Below, in pieces: positions 56,743-64,000 of a stretch of DNA of 64,000 bases. The position numbers were made by a program, and so were the translations under genes. The notes below the pieces were generated by a model, which ran no database searches, was not told where the DNA came from, and saw nothing but the letters and a program-made list of their open reading frames with translations. How positions within the stretch are numbered: position 1 is the first letter of the stretch; each line of letters begins with the position of its first letter. Source of the stretch: Perna viridis. Lineage: Eukaryota. The stretch is taken from NCBI GenBank assembly GCA_037379345.1, contig CM074512.1, positions 35,712,001 through 35,776,000 on the forward strand, given 5' to 3'.

Positions 56743-57086
56743 TTGGTCATAAAGTATATAGACAGCCAGACAGAAAGTCATGAAATATATATGTATAGAG
56801 ACAACAGTTAACAAAATGAACAGACAGACAGACATTAAGAAGAACAAAGGTTGATTGGTCATAAAGTATATAGACAGCCAGACAGAAAGTCATGAAATAT
56901 ATATGTATAGAGACAACAGTTAACAAAATGAACAGACAGACAGGCATTAAAAAGAACAAAGGTTGATTGGTCATAAAGTATACAGACAGCCAGACAGAAA
57001 GTCATGAAATATATATATATATATATATAGAGACAACAGTTAACAAAATGAACAGACAGACAGACATTAAGAAGAACAAAGGTTGA
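56743..57086. repeat. 112-bp tandem repeat, 3 copies
   Basis: TTGGTCATAAAGTATA at 56743, 56855 and 56967. The third copy has an expanded (TA)n. It explains the three similar minus-strand ORFs. Confidence 0.96.
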
Positions 57087-58022
57087 TAAGCCCATCAAAT
57101 GCTTCCCAATTTGTCTACTTTATCTGATAAACACATAAGTTTTATCATAAACATTGAGACCTTCATAACAATTGGTTTCAGATTGATTTTCCAAAGAAAA
57201 TGAAATTTTATGCAACTCAACTTCTCTACTATGAAATTCTTTTCAAAGAATGTTTTTTTCTGCCAGCATTCTCATAAAGGCATTGACCGAAATAAAGAAG
57301 GAAATATACTCAAAATTTATACCCTTTCTCAGTAGGTAAATACATCTGATAATGCCTTAAAAACATAATCTTGTAAGACTTCAATAGAACTCTACAATTA
57401 AAATGCAGACACTTGCGTCCTTACAAAATAAACCTTCATTCTTTATCTATTTTAATACTACTCCACGTCTGGCAAATACATTTTGAAATGGATCCAGTTT
57501 ACTACCAAATACACACACTGATTACTGATATACAAACTTGCACTTTCCATATCCATGGACCAAGATATTTTATCACTGTGCCCATGCTTACAAATGAAGG
57601 ATGTACTTTAAATAAAAGTGGTGAAGGAAAACCATTTTAATGGTTTTCAATTTCTGTTTAAGATTGGTATAAAGGCGGTTTTGTTTACTTTTGACATGTG
57701 CTGCATTAATGTATTGGAAACTTTTATATGAATATAAGTAGAAGTACTTTGGCGTTATATCAATTTTTATTCTTTTTCTACATTTGGCAACATATACTGA
57801 ACTTTTGACATCAACAATATAAAATGTAATCTTCAAAAATGGAAAACAGACAATTTGAAAGATTAAAAGAATATACAGGTAAGACAATAATTTCCACATA
57901 AAGGGAAGTTTAACAATTTGAAAGATCGTGAGATAGAAAATTCTACATCAAAATAAATTAATAATTTGAAAGACCATGACCAAGTACACTTGTAAAGTAG
58001 TAATTTATGTATCCAATCAAAG

Positions 58023-58118
58023 CCTACTTCACATGGTTGTACATGTATAACACACCTACTTCACATGGTTGTACATGTATAACACACCTACTTCACATGG
58101 TTGTACATGTATAACACA
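58023..58118. repeat. Perfect 32-bp tandem repeat, 3 copies
   Basis: CCTACTTCACATGGTTGTACATGTATAACACA three times. Confidence 0.97.
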
Positions 58119-58854
58119 ATCTATTTCTATTATGGATAGAAGATAGGTCCACTAACTTGTACTTGTGAAAATGGCTAAACCAATTTATAGTAAATACAAA
58201 CCTTACCAATAGAAATTACAAGTACTTCATCATGAAGAACTATCATGAAATAAAAACACTTGCTTTCTGTTGGTGGAATGTCTTGTTCTTGAAGACAGAA
58301 ATCATATATATATATATATGTCTCCTAAGCAAATTTGATTTCTAATCAGCGAGAAAAATGTCATTAACAATGTAAAAATCTATTTGGAATTTTTTTAATT
58401 GGGAGTGAGTGTACTTAATATAGAGTAACAAGTATTGATTCAATCAGTGAAAGATTCTGATACAGGAGGGCCTGAATTATTTATCAAGTCCAATGTCATT
58501 ACTTATCCATAATACAGTAATGATTTTCTGTGTTAATGGAATGATTTTAACTTGTCTTAGAAGGAACAACTATAGCAGGAAATCCCAGGTTTTGAAAATG
58601 TAGATCCCTGATCAACCAGGATATTCAAATTAAGAAGTGTCAGTGATTTCCCGTTAAAGGTTTCAGAGCTGGTAACGATTCCTGGTTTACAAGGCATGTG
58701 GGGTTTTGAGATCTATATTTAGAATAGATTTCAAGGAAGTGACATTGTATGAGAATTAACTACCTAATCTAGAATACAATATGCTACAATCAATTTAAAA
58801 AAAAAAAAAAACATAGGATATCTTTGGGGTATTTCGTAAAATAAAATTGCTAAG

Positions 58855-59255
58855 TACTGTAAATGTGAAAATTTGGCAGTAGTTTTATTTTGGTTTACTT
58901 GGCGACTCTCTTGAAAGTGCCAAAATTAAAAACACTAAAGTGTAATGTTTTCAAAGCTTAAGGAGCTAATTAACATTGGTGTACGGGTTGGTGTGGATGA
59001 AAACAAGATTAATATCGTATTATGTGTCTGCATAGCAATTAAATTGACCCTTGGTTTTACAAAGGTAAAATGTACTAATGAATATGTGTAGTTTAGATTC
59101 TTTTTAGGATAAGAAAGGATATTTTGGTTCAATCGTGAAGATTATGCAGAAATAAAACACTTATTCTGAAGACATCAAAATTAAACACTAAAAAATTAAA
59201 CATTTTGACAGAAAACAGCCAAAATAACAAGATGCCAAAATATCGCAACTTACAT
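58855..59255. mobile_element. Old MITE relic whose right end was hit by SINE copy B
   Basis: Imperfect TIRs TACTGTAAATGTGAAAATTTGGC ... GCCAAAATATCGCAACTTACA. Confidence 0.4.
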
Positions 59256-59262
59256 TACAAGA

Positions 59263-59777
59263 GCCCCGTGTAGGTCCGGGTGTTGAAGAATAGGCCTGCA
59301 GCAGCGTTAAGCTTGTTGTAAAAGGCGACTAAATAGTACTCAGAAACCTAGCCGGAGGCTAGGGCGCTCTGCCCACAGAGCAACTGGGATGTGTGCCCCA
59401 GGTGGTGGAATGGGGTACCCCTGGTGTGTTACATGCTGGGGTTGACAGGCTATAATACGGAAAACCTGTCCGCAAACCATAGTGGTGCACCGTGTTGGGA
59501 AAGATGCCACGTTCCTCGCACGTTAAAGAACCCTACTGTGGTATTCTCCCGGAGTAGTAACCATAGGGCTCCGCCACAGGAGGTTAAATTGCCCGGCCCT
59601 ACCCACCTCTCCCTATTTCCAGTGGCAATCAAAATCTATCGACCCCATTGTCCTTGTGTCCCATCCCTTTTTCATTTCACCATCATTTCATGTTCATTTT
59701 ATCATCAATTTCATGTTCATCATCTGAATATAGCTGAAATATTGTTGCTCGGACGTTAAACCCCAACAAACAAACAA
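59263..59777 (+). mobile_element. Full-length SINE-like retroposon, copy B
   Basis: 11-bp TSD ACATTACAAGA at 59252-59262 and 59778-59788. It ends GGACGTTAAACCCC(AACA)n. Internal GCACGTTAAAGAACCC resembles the MetaSINE core (from recollection, unverified). Confidence 0.92.
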
Positions 59778-62700
59778 ACATTACAAGAAGTTTTAAAATC
59801 TTGAATTATTATAAGCTTACTTTTCTCACAATATTAAAATGTTGTACCTAATACATTGTTGTGATATTTAATTCTTCATATACAGAGGAAAATGTCTATT
59901 AGACTTTCCAAGCCATCAAAAAACAAAACTGTTGAAAGATTTTCAAAAAGATTAAAATAAAACTAAGAGCATGATAAGTTTGTTTCATAAAAATAAAAGG
60001 TGAAATTACAACCCTCCCTTGCAAGCTATACCCCCAGCTCCACAAACTCACTTTTCTAATTATAGCTTTCGGTAACTCCTCTGTATTTACATGCATACCA
60101 TGTCTTTATCTGTTTTCTTTCAGCAAAGCTTTCATTTTTGCACTGACACTGACAGAAATAGAAATGGAACTGATAATCTGCACTTATCACTACAGAAAAC
60201 TGCCATTAGGCCGAGAGATCATATCATAAGCTATATATGTTGTTCCATCAGATTTCTGCAATAGCATTCTAAGAATCCTTTCAACAACACACTATGTCTT
60301 TGTACAGGATAGCACCATTCAGTACAAGTTCTTGAACTGAAGGTTTCAAAATACAAGAGGCTCCAAGGAACCTAATATATTCCTTTACATGGACAACAAA
60401 TCAATTATTCTAGTTTAATTTCAGTGTACCCAAATTGATTCCCCAGAAATTTTGTACCCGCTTCAAATTTTAACTAAATCAACATTATAATTACTTTACT
60501 TACTTGGCTAATCAAATAATTGATGAGTTCTTATCACTCTTAAAAGAAGAGTATAAAAAAGTTCAAAGTCATTACTCAAAACTGATTAAATATGAAATCA
60601 ATCTTGTGCACTGTGATTACATAACAGAAATATGCAATATGAAAAGAAGCCAAATTGCCAATCCTCGCATTAGTTGAATAACAGCCCACAGGACAAGTTC
60701 TTAGATTTCCACTTCATTTAAGCCACAAAACACTGCACAAACTGTTACCATTATAACTTCATATTGGTAAAAGCATTTCTTCTTGTTGTCTAGACACCCA
60801 ACTGCTATAGAAACTGTTTCTAAATTATTCCCAAATGTCATCTACAATTACTGATGAATAATTTAACAAGAATCATTGTCACCAGCTAAACTTGAAATGT
60901 GTCTATGCTTTTTTATGTGGAAAAACAATTAAATCCATCAAATCTATTGAAACTTCTCTGATTAACCAAGGGATTAAGTGACTCGGTTTTTGTAACACAC
61001 AATCATCATGTTAAAAGGTCTATATGATCAGTATTATCTTTTAGTGTATTTGTTTCAGAATCGAACGAATTTCGTTGTAATGTTATCTTGCCATCACAAC
61101 ATTGACTTTTTAAATCCGATCCTATTTCATTTCTTTTTTCTCACTTGTTAGTGTAGTTCTGGTAGTTTTTAAAGGTTAATGAACAAAAAATACCAACCAA
61201 GCAATTTTTAGTATTCAACACTTCAAAGGAAATGAGTTTATTATTTCGAACAAGGATATATCACACCGTAAAATATACAGTAATAACAAATCATTTAATT
61301 CTACTAGGTCAACCTTAAACTGTTTCATTTCATAGAACTCCAGATTTATCAGACAAGTTGTCAGCCAATTTAATACATGGCTTACCTGCACCATAGCCAA
61401 TAATACATGTACCAAAAAAATAAGGAGTCCACCAGTAGTAATCTGATCAAATTGACAAAGTTCAAGCCACTATACATCGAAGTATACGAAAGCAGAAAAG
61501 TGTTCAATATAAGACATTTGACTAAATAATCTGACCATTATGACTGTAGACAAATTGAATGATTCTCAATCAAATCAGAGTTTACAGAATTAGTACAAAT
61601 CAAAACAAGATCTTAGCCGTTAGGACTTCATGTAATAGGTCAAATTGAGAGGCGGAAACGTCTGGAACTAGGCCTGACAAGAGCTTGCAATATCATTATA
61701 GATTTATCAAGTAGACACAATAGTAAGTATACAAGTAGAGAAAATTAGACAGTTTTATTTAACAAGAACAAAAGAAACTTCCCACTATTTACTCGTATAA
61801 AAGTGCTTAGTTTGGTCATTAAGGTTTGAAATGTAGACAAAATTATGAAGAACTGTAACAACAACACAAAGGTTCTAAATATTACTAGAACACCTTTAAC
61901 AATTCAAAAACAAGTAATCTGCAAGCCAGTGCCACTAGTGATACCCTTACATCCTAACTTTAGTTTGTGGTTAAAATATAAACCAAGTCATCAAACAGAA
62001 ATTTGCAGAACTTTGCCAAAGTCTGAAACAAATTCCCATGATTGAGCAAGCCCATATAAAGCTTGTTTAAAAATATCAACAGGCTGTGAGAAGAGAAAAC
62101 TGCTATGAGATGGATCAGCATATTATTCTCAAACAGAGCACATAACTTAAAAGTAATGGCTAAAGGTACTAACCCCTTATGACTAGAACTTATAGCACAA
62201 TAATGCAATATCATCCACATAAAGCTTATGGTGCACTTATATATTAACAATCAAGACTTATAGATCAAGGGAAACTGCTAAAGTTAAACCAGCCTTATCA
62301 ACATTCAAAAGAACATATTCATTCATTGATCATAGGAAGAATTACAAAGATGTGGTTAAAACAAAGCTTAAAATAACATCTGACGTATTAAACAATTCTG
62401 TCTCCATTTTCCATAAGAAGATATAACAACAGGATAAACAGGCCAAATAAATTGGCGGAAATGTCTGAAACATTGCCTTTTCGTAGATCTAACAGCTTCC
62501 CAAAACATCTGAATCAATCAGCAGTAGACTCAATAATAGAAATATGCTGATTTTCTAGACAGTTTTTACTTTTATCCCAAATAACAATTTTTATCGGTTT
62601 GTAATTGCTTCACGGAGTGCTGAGAGAGACAACAGACAACTTCAATTACATTTCTGCAGGAGTCACAGTGAGGATTCTCAATTTGTAAGTAGCTTTGTAC

Positions 62701-63751
62701 AAGGGTAATGTTGTCGATTGCTGAATTAAACAGAAGAAAAACATTTGTAGAAGACTTGTATAAGCCTTGATTTTTTCTGATATTAGCATTGTAATATAGT
62801 CATGAAAATAAACATTACAGCTGGAGTTACACAGGATAAAGGAAAGACAACACTCATATGGCTAATTATTCTCAGCTGTGTGTTAATTTACTTCCTGGTG
62901 TAATGGCAGGTCAAGAAAAGAAAAAACAGATCATAGCAAAGTTGTTATGTAGCTAGGTAGTACTTTACCATAACATTATTCTATCTGGTGCAAATAAAAA
63001 AAAGATAGAAGATATACATGATATAGACAAAATGATTATCAAATTCATCTGAAGAAAAGGGTTAAGGACACAGTTTTTAAGTGGCTAAAATTTTGTTATT
63101 AACGTCATACGATGAACTAATGAGCAGGTTTTTTACTCATTTCAAGACAGAAAATGCAATACATTGCAAAAAAAAATCAAAAACTCTAGAAAGACTGGAG
63201 TAATCTTCAGTAATACCTTGCAACAAAGACTAAAAAAAGCCAGCAACTCAAAGCTACCTCAACTCTGGTTCAACACCTGAACAATTGAACTACTTCAGAA
63301 TTAGCACACATCTTATTAAAACCACAGTACCTCAGTAAATGCCAGTGTTAAGGCAATTTTAACAGGGTTTGCCCAACAGAATCAAGTATTTATTTAGACA
63401 AGCATTTTGGCACCTAACAAACAGAATATAAAAGCCCTGTATATTTTTATAAAAGGAGTATGCATACAAACTACAACAGCTTTTCTAATTAAAACAAAAT
63501 ATCAAAGCTCTTGTTTTACAGGGAAGGTGTTGTTTCTTCTCTCTTAGATTAATGTTTTGTCTTTCAAATGAGCAGAAAAACTGCAACTGAAGAATTCAGT
63601 CAAATTTCTTATTTTATGTTTTTTCTAACAGAGCAACATGAAGATTGGTATCACTTTCACAGCAACTGCCAAAAACTAACAAGAAAATTTACATTTTTCT
63701 GGTTACGTGCATAGTTCTCTAAGACCACTAAGGCAAAAAAAAAAGTGATAC

Positions 63752-64000
63752 TGTGTTTGCAAGCAAACACAAAAAGTCACCAAAACCTGAAAATAGTCAA
63801 ATTCTACTAAATTATGAAGTCCCCATTTAATATATAAAGTCATGTTTACCCTAGATATCAATTTTCATCAAAATCGAACTTAGTTTTAAATCGCTGATTT
63901 TGGCAGCCAATTTGGAAAAATGGCGGCTTTCTGACAAAATCTGAAACAACTATTGAATTAAGAAAGTTATGTTTATCCTAGGTATTAACTTTCATCAAAA
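63752..64000. mobile_element. Probable second HINE-like element cut by the window end
   Basis: Hairpin TGTGTTTGC-AA-GCAAACACA (63752-63771), then a repeated ATGTTTAyCCTAGrTATyAAyTTTCATCAAAA (about 63842 and 63969) and AAAATGGCGGC motifs. Confidence 0.45.

Larger units (their letters stand above)
26919..64000 (-). other. Probable upstream 5'UTR intron(s) or upstream region of mbl
   Basis: Ends in the acceptor at 26919. No coding exon or clear promoter was recognised, and the TSS position is unknown. Confidence 0.45.

Noticed and set aside
56659-57098. Three paralogous-looking minus-strand ORFs (also 18291-18607)
   Set aside because: Products of 112-bp and 51-bp tandem repeats.
58023-58118. 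CRISPR-like 32-33-bp repeats (also 30768-30876)
   Set aside because: Head-to-tail with no unique spacers, no cas genes, and a eukaryotic context.
59391-59759. 122-aa ORF (and 46415-46651)
   Set aside because: Lies inside the SINE-like element, with no recognisable domain.
60353-60375. ACAAGAGGCTCCAAGGAACCT, similar to the HINE terminal hairpin at 972-992
   Set aside because: Isolated ~20-bp relic with no recognisable element body.

Overview
AT-rich eukaryotic (animal) genomic DNA, not prokaryotic. The repeat families suggest a bivalve mollusc, probably Mytilus-like; this is inferred from repeat style and not verified. Only one host coding exon is supported: the first coding exon of muscleblind (mbl/MBNL) on the minus strand. 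The predicted exon is 26360-26918 with CDS part 26360-26587, encoding CCCH zinc finger 1 and the start of finger 2. The rest looks like very long introns. They hold a Helentron/HINE-like element with internal ~325-bp repeats, three 5'-truncated copies of a Penelope-like retroelement, two full-length inverted ~510-bp SINE-like elements with 11-bp target-site duplications (TSDs), several MITEs and minisatellites. Best lead: this exon is positionally equivalent to the one that forms circMbl/circMBNL1. Back-splicing would give a 559-nt circle with a stop three codons after the junction (79 aa), and an inverted retroelement pair brackets the exon. Further leads are a pseudoknot-headed non-tRNA SINE-like element, a structured retroelement 3'UTR, and a cluster of RFX X-box-like motifs in the mbl 5'UTR. 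The other ORF-track entries look spurious or repeat-derived.
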